This document shows, in pieces, positions 20,602 to 28,699 of a stretch of DNA of 56,696 nucleotides. The position numbers and the translations under genes are program-made. The notes under the pieces were generated by a model. That model saw only the letters and a program-made list of their open reading frames with translations. It had not been told where the DNA came from and did no database searches. This stretch comes from an uncultured Granulosicoccaceae bacterium (GTDB lineage: Bacteria > Pseudomonadota > Gammaproteobacteria > Granulosicoccales > Granulosicoccaceae), in NCBI GenBank assembly GCA_964352535.1, contig CAYGSW010000002.1:1-56696 (forward strand), written 5' to 3'. Each line of letters starts with the position of its first letter. The stretch's first letter is position 1.

Positions 20602-21813
20602 ATGAAACTAGGCATTCTGTCCTGCGGCCCGAAATCCTACAGTACACGACGCTTTGTGGAGGCCGCGCAACAGCGTGGCCACACAGTGCGTGTTCTGAAT
20701 ACGTTGAAATTTGCGATTGATCTGGATAAAGGCCGACCAGATCTTTATTACCGGCAAAAGGAACTCAGCAGTTACGATGCCGTCCTGCCCCGCATCGGAG
20801 CATCAATCACCTATTACGGGACAGCGGTGGTCCGGCAATGCCAGGAGATGGATATCTTCTGCGCCAATACCTCCGCAGGTATTACCAACTCACGCGACAA
20901 GCTGCGCAGCCTGCAGATCCTGAGCAGGCATCATGTGGGCATCCCCAGAACAACATTCGTTCGTGACAAAAAAGATGTGTTGCCAGCCATAGAGCGTGTT
21001 GGTGGAGCACCGGTGGTTATCAAGCTGATTGAAGGTACCCAGGGTATTGGCGTTTTGTTGGCGGATACCATCAAATCGGCCGAAGCCATTATTGAGCTAT
21101 TGCAAAGCCAGAAGCAGAATGTTCTGATTCAGAAGTTTGTGGCTGAAAGCAAGGGCAAGGATATCCGGGCGTTTGTTGTCGGAGACAGGGTCGTTGCAGC
21201 GATGCGGCGGGTGGCGCAAGGGCAGGAGTTTCGCAGCAATGTGCATCGTGGTGGCGTGGCTGAAGCTGTCGAGTTGTCCGATGACTATCTGGAGACTGCC
21301 GTGCGTGCTGCGCAGATTCTCGGGCTTCGCGTAGCGGGTGTGGATATGCTTGAAGGCAAAAACGGGCCGCAGATCATGGAAGTGAATTCATCTCCCGGGC
21401 TTGAAGGTATCGAGACCTGCACAGGTCTGGATGTTGCGGGTACTGTTATAGATTACATATCAGCCCAGGTTGACTTTCCTGAAATCGACATCAGACAGCG
21501 CCTCACTATCAGCAGAGGCTACGGTGTCAGTGAAATCTACGTGCCAGAAGGATCTAACTTTGTGGGCATCAGTATTACTGATACCAAATTGTCTGAGAAA
21601 GATATCAACGTGCTGACGTTGTATCGCGGTAATAAAGTTATTCCCAATCCCCGTTCAGATCGTGTTCTCGAGGCTGAAGACAAATTATTGTGTTACGGCA
21701 AACTGGAAGCGATGCGCGGTATGGTGCCATCCAAGGCGCGCCGTCGTCGACGGCCTGCCGCACAACAACTTGTCACGGATGTGCCAACAGGCAACAGTAC
21801 AAGTCCGGTCTGA
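20602..21813 (+). CDS. rimK: RimK-family alpha-L-glutamate ligase with C-terminal TrkA-C (RCK-C) domain
   Basis: YSTRR, PRIGASIT, EGTQGIGV, FRSNVHRGG, EVNSSPGLEGIE. Extra C-terminal ~100 aa VPEGSNFVG.SI....L....INVLTLYRG..VIPNP....VLEAEDKLLCYG. Confidence 0.9.
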   Translation: MKLGILSCGPKSYSTRRFVEAAQQRGHTVRVLNTLKFAIDLDKGRPDLYYRQKELSSYDAVLPRIGASITYYGTAVVRQCQEMDIFCANTSAGITNSRDKLRSLQILSRHHVGIPRTTFVRDKKDVLPAIERVGGAPVVIKLIEGTQGIGVLLADTIKSAEAIIELLQSQKQNVLIQKFVAESKGKDIRAFVVGDRVVAAMRRVAQGQEFRSNVHRGGVAEAVELSDDYLETAVRAAQILGLRVAGVDMLEGKNGPQIMEVNSSPGLEGIETCTGLDVAGTVIDYISAQVDFPEIDIRQRLTISRGYGVSEIYVPEGSNFVGISITDTKLSEKDINVLTLYRGNKVIPNPRSDRVLEAEDKLLCYGKLEAMRGMVPSKARRRRRPAAQQLVTDVPTGNSTSPV

Positions 21814-21896
21814 TTGTTTTCTCAGCACTTGACAAACAGCACCAACACGATCCCAAAGTGGATGCGAATTTGACCAGTAAGGCAAGCGTGCCCGCT

Positions 21897-21923
21897 AATA
21901 ACGGTTGTTGGATAACCGTTATT
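21897..21923. terminator. Hairpin between convergent rimK and M14 genes, overlapping the M14 stop codon
   Basis: aataacggttgt-tgg-ataaccgttatt, 12-bp stem with one G.U pair. Confidence 0.4.
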
Positions 21924-22950
21924 CATCGGTCAGGCTGTCTTCCACATGGTCAGTTTGAAAATTGTCGACATTTTCCTCAACGTCAGCGATATCGTCATCA
22001 AAGCGGGCAATGTGATAAACCGCATCCCCCTCATGAACAACAGGAAGCTCCAGGCGACCTATGACGATACCTGATGTCCTGCACGATATGGGCGTCTGCT
22101 CATTGCTGGCCGGATCGTGGATATAACCCAGAATATCGTTGCGCGCCACACGGCTTCCCATCGTGGCTTTGCTGCGCAGAATACCGCTCTCGGGGGCACG
22201 TTCCCAGCGGCTGCTGCTGGCAATGTAGGGTTCCCGATGGTTAGCTGCATGTCTGGTTGTCGTTCGTAGCATGCCCAATGTTCGCAAAACACCAAACACG
22301 CCGGATACACCCGCGCGGATTGCCAGTTCATCGAAGCGCAACGCCTCTCCCGCCTCGTAAAGAAGTACGCGGGTGCCATGCCCGCAGGCGCTGGCGCGTA
22401 ATGATCCGTCTCGTAGCGACGCGTTAAGCAACACGGGTACTCCAAAGCTGCGTGCTAGTGCAAGTGTTTCCGGATCGTCAAGATCTGCGCGAATCTGAGG
22501 CAGGTTGGTACGGTGCCCGGAGCCTGTATGGAAATCGATGCCTACCGATGCCCGTGAGACAATCTGTTGCATGAACAAATGGGCAATACGGGACGCCAGT
22601 GAGCCGGATTCACTGCCTGGAAACGAGCGATTCAAATCTCGCCTGTCCGGCAGATACCGACTTTGCTGTGCCATGCCATAGGCGTTGACGACCGGTAAGG
22701 CCAGCACCGTTCCGGAGATTCGATTGAGCAGTTTGGTAGCCAGAACGCGGCGTATGATCTCGACACCGTTCAGCTCATCACCGTGAATCGCAGCACTGAG
22801 AAACAGTGTCGGACCGTCTTTTCGTCCATGCACGACATGCACAGGCAGGCTCATGAGTGCCTGGGAACTCAGTTTTGGCAATTCCAGATCCACGACGGCG
22901 CGAGTACCTGGCGCGATGGAGATACCACCGAATTCGAATGCCTGTCTCAT
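21919..22950 (-). CDS. Succinylglutamate desuccinylase/aspartoacylase family (M14-like) protein
   Basis: AAIHGDELNG, RDLNRSFPG, IDFHTG, YEAG, C-terminal biotinyl-like barrel. Confidence 0.9.
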   Translation of the reverse strand: MRQAFEFGGISIAPGTRAVVDLELPKLSSQALMSLPVHVVHGRKDGPTLFLSAAIHGDELNGVEIIRRVLATKLLNRISGTVLALPVVNAYGMAQQSRYLPDRRDLNRSFPGSESGSLASRIAHLFMQQIVSRASVGIDFHTGSGHRTNLPQIRADLDDPETLALARSFGVPVLLNASLRDGSLRASACGHGTRVLLYEAGEALRFDELAIRAGVSGVFGVLRTLGMLRTTTRHAANHREPYIASSSRWERAPESGILRSKATMGSRVARNDILGYIHDPASNEQTPISCRTSGIVIGRLELPVVHEGDAVYHIARFDDDIADVEENVDNFQTDHVEDSLTDE

Positions 22951-23440
22951 GAGACCTGCAACAACGGTTGAGTGGCTGGACGTGATGAATTGATCAAGGA
23001 AACTGCTCGGCCTGGTGCGTTATATGTCTGAGCCTTATACTCGCTTTCTACGCTGCTGCGGGTTCATTGCTAAAGTATTTTTACCGTGTTGTCTGTAATA
23101 ACGATCAAACGCTTGCGATACCGTAAATCAACGCTTGCTGATCAACAAACAGCAGATAGTAGGCTGTGAAGATCATCAGGCAGGCTACTGGAGCGTGAGG
23201 GATGAGCACGCGGTGCTTACCGTCTGCTCCCTGGAATTCGTTAAGCAAGCAACACGCCGTTGGTTCTGGTAATCCGGATAACGCAAGGCGATGAAATTGT
23301 CACTGTTTGTCAACATAGGGCGCTATCAGTGAGAGTGCAACGAGTATCATGATGGGCTGCGGCGTCAGTTCTCAGGCCATGAATACGGGTGCCGCCTGGG
23401 AATATGACGCAATACGACATTATCCGGGAATCAGCAAAGC

Positions 23441-24523
23441 GTGGAACAGGGTGTTAAAAGGATAGCGACACGTGAGGGTCTGGTGATTTTGTCGGCACTG
23501 CTCAGTGCCTGCATGAGTACCGGTGAAATGAGCGAACGCGAATCCAAATCTTCAGTTTATGATGAAGCCCGCCCGGAGCCGACTTCTTCTGACACACGTC
23601 TGGACGATGCCGCCTTGCCGGTCAATGTGCCAGCTGAGGCAATCCTTGCCGGGGATGTTGACGACGATGTTATTGCTGAGGAAAGGGTGGAAGTAGAAAC
23701 AGACACGGTTGGCGCATTGACCGAACGTGTCATTCAGGAGCGCCAGACAGCGTTTAATCCTTATGTTATTACCGCTCACAAGCATAATTTTATCTTACCC
23801 GTCAGCTATTCCACGGGTATCAATGAAACCATTTACCAGCAGAACGATGTAGCGCTGCGAGAAGGTTTGCAACCGGCAGAGGTCAAGTTTCAGATCAGCC
23901 TGAAAACGCAGCTCAATGAGGATGATTTGCTGTTTGCCAACGATTCATTATCATTGGCCATAACGCTTGAAGCATGGTGGCAACTCTATTCCAGTGATCT
24001 GTCCAGTCCGTTTCGTGAAACCAACTACCAACCCGAAGTGTTCTATCTGTTACCCCTGCTATGGGGACCCTTTGGCGGAAACACAGCGTTGGTGACCGGC
24101 CTGGAGCATCAGTCCAATGGTCAGGTCCAGGGTTTGTCACGCAGTTGGAATCGCCTGTACGCCATGCTGGTTTACGAGCGAGGCGACTTTGTCGCCAGCA
24201 TTCGGCCCTGGTATCGCCTGCCAGAGAATGCCAAGGAAAACCCTGGCGATGCTGAGGGCGATGATAATCCGGACATCCTCGATTTCATGGGTCACGGAGA
24301 ACTTGGTGCATCGTGGCGAAACGATAGCCATGAGTATGCAGTGCATCTGCGAGGTAATCCTGATACAGGCAAGGGCGCGGTCAAGATTGGCATGACATTT
24401 CCTCTGGTGGCAAGGTTCAGGGGCTTCGTGCAGTATTTCAGCGGGTATGGGGATTCGCTGATTGACTACGATCACTATCAGCAACGTCTCGGAATCGGCG
24501 TTGCATTGACAAACCTGTATTAG
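23441..24523 (+). CDS. pldA: Outer membrane phospholipase A1 (OMPLA) with possible lipoprotein signal
   Basis: EVKFQISLK, SSPFRETNYQPE, catalytic HQSNG, SRSWNRLY, GYGDSLIDY. Lipobox-like LSA-C24. Confidence 0.92.
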   Translation: MEQGVKRIATREGLVILSALLSACMSTGEMSERESKSSVYDEARPEPTSSDTRLDDAALPVNVPAEAILAGDVDDDVIAEERVEVETDTVGALTERVIQERQTAFNPYVITAHKHNFILPVSYSTGINETIYQQNDVALREGLQPAEVKFQISLKTQLNEDDLLFANDSLSLAITLEAWWQLYSSDLSSPFRETNYQPEVFYLLPLLWGPFGGNTALVTGLEHQSNGQVQGLSRSWNRLYAMLVYERGDFVASIRPWYRLPENAKENPGDAEGDDNPDILDFMGHGELGASWRNDSHEYAVHLRGNPDTGKGAVKIGMTFPLVARFRGFVQYFSGYGDSLIDYDHYQQRLGIGVALTNLY

Positions 24524-24718
24524 CCTCAATGAGGCAAAAAATCACGGCCAGAAAACGCCTTCGGCTCGCGCTATAGCAGCGCCATCAGCTGCGTACTCCA
24601 TTTTTCCAAACCTCATTTGGATTGACCAGACCCCGGTTCGAAAAAATCTGCGTGCGCGACTGCTATCACCGCTCTCTCACGTTTCTGACTCGCGATTTTT
24701 TTTGTTTCATTGAGGTTA
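24521..24718. mobile_element. MITE-like long imperfect palindrome (~198 bp) filling the whole pldA / MBL-hydrolase intergenic region
   Basis: Left end tagcctcaatgaggcaaaaaatcacggccagaaaacg. Reverse complement of right end taacctcaatgaaacaaaaaaaatcgcgagtcagaaacg. Internal pairing atagcag/ctgctat. TA at both ends. Confidence 0.65.
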
Positions 24719-25726
24719 ACCAGCCGGCACGTCCCAGGCAGCACCATTGGCAATAACCCTGAAAGCACTACTGTCGACGTCACTCTCGTGTAGCGCTGCC
24801 TGCAAGGCAATGACGGGAGCATCGTGCGCCTCGTCGGTCAGTTGAAAAGTGCCGTGATGGATTGCCAGAGCATAGTCGGCCTGCAAGTCTTTATAGGCCA
24901 TGACAGCCTCTGCCGGATTCATGTGCTGTGGCTTCATGAACCAGCGCGGCTCATACGCTCCAATGGGGATGAGTGCGCATCTGAACGGACCCAGTATGGA
25001 GGCAGCCTGGCGAAAGTGTTCGCCGTCTCCATAACCGCTATCACCTGTAAAGTAAATACTGCCCGACTTGAAGTTCACCACAAAACCTCCCCACAGACTC
25101 TGGTTTTCATCACCAGGCTTTCTGGATGTCCAGTGTCTTTGAGGGACGAGTGTCGCAGTTGTATTACTGTCCAGTGCGTGTGAATCCCACCAGCTGAGCT
25201 CTGTGGTCGGGCGCCCGCTGACCGGGTTGATGATTGCACCATGGTTCAACGGCGCAACGATCATCGGATTGTCGCGTTCGGATAGTTGTCTCAGTGAACG
25301 CAGATCGAGGTGATCATAGTGAGAATGACTGACAAGAATCGCGTGGATTGGCGGCAGGGCGTTTATGTCAAGACCAGCAGGACGGTAGCGTCTGGGGCCG
25401 GCAAAACTTACCGGGCTGACACGACGAGAGAAGACCGGGTCGGTAATGATATTGAGGCCATCACACTGAATGAGCACCGTAGCGTGATTGATAAAGGTCA
25501 GTCTGAGGCGTCCATCGTTCACGTGTCGCTCTACCGCAGAAGGCGGCGGATTGGCAAGGTCGCGGGGCCACTTGGCTGGTTTTCGAGTGATCGCCCAGCG
25601 CAGTACATCCCAGCGGGATCCGAGCACCGAGTTGCCTGGGTATGAGAAACGCTTTCCGTCAAAATGAGGCTTGATCATGGCTGTTTTCAATTCGTTAGCT
25701 GTCTTGATTGGATACTGTCTTGACAC
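24716..25726 (-). CDS. MBL-fold metallo-hydrolase (RomA/NAPE-PLD-like)
   Basis: FINHATVLI, TDPVFS, SHSHYDHLD, FTGDSGY, PIGAYEPRWFM..QHMNP, HHGTFQL. ATG at 25678 is an alternative start. Confidence 0.9.
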   Translation of the reverse strand: MSRQYPIKTANELKTAMIKPHFDGKRFSYPGNSVLGSRWDVLRWAITRKPAKWPRDLANPPPSAVERHVNDGRLRLTFINHATVLIQCDGLNIITDPVFSRRVSPVSFAGPRRYRPAGLDINALPPIHAILVSHSHYDHLDLRSLRQLSERDNPMIVAPLNHGAIINPVSGRPTTELSWWDSHALDSNTTATLVPQRHWTSRKPGDENQSLWGGFVVNFKSGSIYFTGDSGYGDGEHFRQAASILGPFRCALIPIGAYEPRWFMKPQHMNPAEAVMAYKDLQADYALAIHHGTFQLTDEAHDAPVIALQAALHESDVDSSAFRVIANGAAWDVPAG

Positions 25727-25735
25727 TCGGACAAC

Positions 25736-25914
25736 CTAGCCCGGACTATTCATGAAACGCCCAATCCTTTCACCAGACCCTTTGTTCGTAGCGGATTCCG
25801 CGAAGGAGCGGAATACAGACTGTATTTCGACCGGGGCGCGCAGCCTGAGTGGAATTCGCTACGGACGAAGGGGATGCGGAAGGATTGGGTGATTTCATGA
25901 ATAATCCGGGCTAG
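25736..25914. mobile_element. MITE-like element (~179 bp) with ~34-bp terminal inverted repeats bounded by CTAG
   Basis: Left ctagcccggactattcatgaaacgcccaatcctt. Reverse complement of right ctagcccggattattcatgaaatcacccaatcctt. Second internal stem ccctttgttcgtagcggattcc / ggaattcgctacggacgaagggg. Confidence 0.8.
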
Positions 25915-26981
25915 CACCCCATGATGTAGTCATCACCTTCACGCCAATATTGTTTTTCAAAAAATGTTCTGATAGCCACACGTCCCGATGCTTGTGTAAC
26001 TGCGCTGATCACAAGCTCGTTGCTGCGCGTTGTTGCCAACTGCTGATACGTGATCACAGGCTTTTTGCGTTTGCTACGTTCCGGGCCTGGGCGGTCCATA
26101 TCAACAAACCCGGCAACCGTAACACCTTGCGCTATGAGCGCGTCATGCCAGTGCCTTGCCTGTTTGCCAGTACCGGCAATCCACACTGAACGCCTGGTGG
26201 CGTGTAGTCTTCCACCGGCACTGGTCAGTGCCCACGCAGAGCAATTCACAAAAGCATCGCGTCGGTAGCGAGTATCCGTATGGGTAATCCTGTTGTCGTG
26301 CTCACGCCAGTCAAGCAGAACCTCAGGCGGTTTCCCCATACCGATGCCTTGTAGCATGGCGCGCAATACAAGGTCATGATCTTCGGGCCCATCACCCTCA
26401 CGGTATCCACCCAGTTGCGACCAGACTGTTCGATGTGCGAAAAGCGTGGGATGCGGCATGGGGTTCTCTGCATAACAGGCATGCGCGATAGCATCAGGCG
26501 CTATGAGTTCGTTGAGCCATTGGGCGTAGTGTTGATTACCCGGTTTGACTCTGGCGCAGCCGCCGCTCTCATCGATGAAGCGAACTCGCCCTGCACATAA
26601 TCCGATGTCGGGGTGCTTGTTCAGGTAGCTCAGCTGCTGCGCAATGCGCTCAGAGTAGGCGATGTCGTCGTCGTCCATGCGGGCTATGTAGTCGCCTTGC
26701 GCCGCTTGTAAACCCGTATTGAGCGCGCCAACAATTCCGGGTGTTCGTCGGGGTACAAGCCGAATGCGCTTGTCATCGAGCTGCAGGCTTTGCAGTCGGT
26801 GGGGTAATGTGCCAAGTGGCCGCTGGCCGATCAACAGCAACTCCAGACAGGTGTAGCTTTGGCTCAGGATACTGCGTACTGCCGCCGCTGTGGTCTGGCG
26901 CCAGTCACGCACTGGCATCACGATTGAGACAAGCGGCTCATCGGTACTGGAACGCGCTAATGCACCGTTCAGCGCTTCCAC
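25911..26981 (-). CDS. Glycosyltransferase family 2 protein with C-terminal Rossmann-like domain (B3GNTL1/QTGAL-like architecture)
   Basis: VSIVMPV, GALNTGL, YIARMDDDD (DxD), HPTLF, GPEDHDL, C-terminal VWIAGTGKQAR..VAGFVDMD..EGDDY. Confidence 0.88.
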   Translation of the reverse strand: MEALNGALARSSTDEPLVSIVMPVRDWRQTTAAAVRSILSQSYTCLELLLIGQRPLGTLPHRLQSLQLDDKRIRLVPRRTPGIVGALNTGLQAAQGDYIARMDDDDIAYSERIAQQLSYLNKHPDIGLCAGRVRFIDESGGCARVKPGNQHYAQWLNELIAPDAIAHACYAENPMPHPTLFAHRTVWSQLGGYREGDGPEDHDLVLRAMLQGIGMGKPPEVLLDWREHDNRITHTDTRYRRDAFVNCSAWALTSAGGRLHATRRSVWIAGTGKQARHWHDALIAQGVTVAGFVDMDRPGPERSKRKKPVITYQQLATTRSNELVISAVTQASGRVAIRTFFEKQYWREGDDYIMGC

Positions 26982-27520
26982 TTGATGCTGCAGCCAACAC
27001 TGGGCGTAGTGTTCAGTGGTGGTGGTTGCTGGTCCAGCAGCAGCGCTGCCACGCGTTTAAGCTCAGCACCACTGGCAGAACCATTGCCGGGGCGGCTGGC
27101 ATCGAATTGCCCGCGATAGTAGAGCTTGTGTTGCGCATCATACAAATACAAATCAGGCGTGCAGAGCGCATCATAAGCACGTGCAACTTCCTGTGTCTCA
27201 TCGTGGCAATAGGGAAAATCAAAGTTCTTCTCGCGGGCCAACACACCCATCTTCTCAGGACTGTCGGCTGGATACTGCTCTGCATCGTTCGCACTGATGG
27301 CGATGGTTTTGATGCCACTGGCGGCCAGCTCGTTTGCACTTTGCACCAGAGCATCGATGAGATGAATAACATACGGGCAATGGTTGCAGATGAACGCTAT
27401 GAACACAGGCTGCCCCTTAAATTGGTCAAGAGATACCATTTGCCCGGTGCGTGAGTCAGGCAGGGTAAAGGCGGCGGCGGGGCTACCCAGTGCTGTTGAG
27501 CTGGATTCTGTGCGAACCAT
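26969..27520 (-). CDS. Thioredoxin-like/AhpC-TSA family protein
   Basis: FICNHCPYV, ISANDA.QYP.DSPEKM, A.CTPD, YRGQFD.SRP, SVGCSIKW. Start may extend to 27535 or 27574. Confidence 0.9.
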   Translation of the reverse strand: MVRTESSSTALGSPAAAFTLPDSRTGQMVSLDQFKGQPVFIAFICNHCPYVIHLIDALVQSANELAASGIKTIAISANDAEQYPADSPEKMGVLAREKNFDFPYCHDETQEVARAYDALCTPDLYLYDAQHKLYYRGQFDASRPGNGSASGAELKRVAALLLDQQPPPLNTTPSVGCSIKWKR

Positions 27521-27624
27521 AGTCTGAAGTTTCATGGCAGAGAGGCCGCTATAGTATCTAACCTTGAGACCCATTAGAATTGAGTTGCCAATCCGGTTTT
27601 TTAACTCGTTATCCAGAGAGAACC

Positions 27625-28248
27625 ATGCAGAACCATCAGGCCCAGATGTTTATCGTATCGGCGCCTTCAGGAGCGGGGAAAACATCGTTGGTGCGCCGGG
27701 CTATTGAGGAGTTGAGTGAACTCACAGTGGCGGTTTCTCACACTACACGGCCACAACGTCCGGGTGAGCGCGACGGAGTTGATTATTGCTACGTCACCCG
27801 TGAACAGTTTGAAGAGATGATCGATTCGGATCGATTTCTTGAGTACGCTGAAGTATTCGGCAACTACTACGGGACGAGCATGGAGGAGGTTACTGCAGCC
27901 CTGGCCAGTGGCACTGACGTGATACTCGAGATTGACTGGCAAGGCGCCGCTCAGGTGCGACAGAAGCTTGAAGATGTCATCTCCATCTTTATCCTGCCAC
28001 CCTCTCGCAATACCTTGATCGCGCGATTGCGCGGACGTGGCCAGGATTCTGAGGACGTCATCGAGAGTCGTACAGCAGAAGCTGTGCGCGAGATGCAGCA
28101 GTATCACCGTGCTGACTACCTGATCATCAATGACGACTTTGATCAGGCACTTGCCGAGCTAAAAGCTGTGGTGCTGAGTCACAGGGTGCAGAAGTCGCGG
28201 CAGGCACTGCATCATGCTGGCCTGATTACAAGCCTTACTCATGACTAG
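27625..28248 (+). CDS. gmk: Guanylate kinase
   Basis: SAPSGAGKTSL P-loop, SHTTRPQRPGE.DG.DY, LEIDWQGA. Confidence 0.97.
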   Translation: MQNHQAQMFIVSAPSGAGKTSLVRRAIEELSELTVAVSHTTRPQRPGERDGVDYCYVTREQFEEMIDSDRFLEYAEVFGNYYGTSMEEVTAALASGTDVILEIDWQGAAQVRQKLEDVISIFILPPSRNTLIARLRGRGQDSEDVIESRTAEAVREMQQYHRADYLIINDDFDQALAELKAVVLSHRVQKSRQALHHAGLITSLTHD

Positions 28249-28423
28249 TAGTCCGAGTTGGTTCACAAGTCATTTTCCCAACATTACGATAGTTTAATGC
28301 TTTGTTTGCGCGTAGAAATAATCATTATGCTAACACTACGTTAAATGACGTAAAAATCATGTGGTCTTTGGCGCGTTAATTGACTAGACTACAGGGTTCA
28401 GCTTAGGGCAGGAATAAAGTTTC

Positions 28424-28681
28424 ATGGCACGAGTAACCGTTGAAGACAGTCTGGCGATGGTCAATAACCGGTTTGATCTGGTTTTGATCGCCTCCAAGCG
28501 CGCACGCAATATATCCATGGGAGCCGAGCCGCTGGTCGCCGAGGACGACGACAAGCCGACAGTTATCGCACTTCGTGAGATAGCGGACGGCCTCATCGGT
28601 GAAGATATCCTGCGAGAAGCACCTCCACCCGCCCCGGTCGAGCCTGTCATGTATGACAAAGACCTGCGCGAAGAATTCTAG
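28424..28681 (+). CDS. rpoZ: RNA polymerase omega subunit
   Basis: MARVTVED...[14 protein letters not shown]...[11 protein letters not shown], in gmk-rpoZ-spoT order. Confidence 0.97.
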   Translation: MARVTVEDSLAMVNNRFDLVLIASKRARNISMGAEPLVAEDDDKPTVIALREIADGLIGEDILREAPPPAPVEPVMYDKDLREEF

Positions 28682-28699
28682 TCTCGTGCCGCCGGGCAA

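Noticed and set aside
22951-23440. 490-bp divergent intergenic region as a possible sRNA or riboswitch, with a short direct repeat atcaa(a)cgcttgc
   Set aside because: No recognisable Rfam motif or terminator. An Infernal/Rfam scan would be needed.
26741-27454. 237-aa + strand ORF
   Set aside because: Antisense shadow of the thioredoxin-like and GT2 genes
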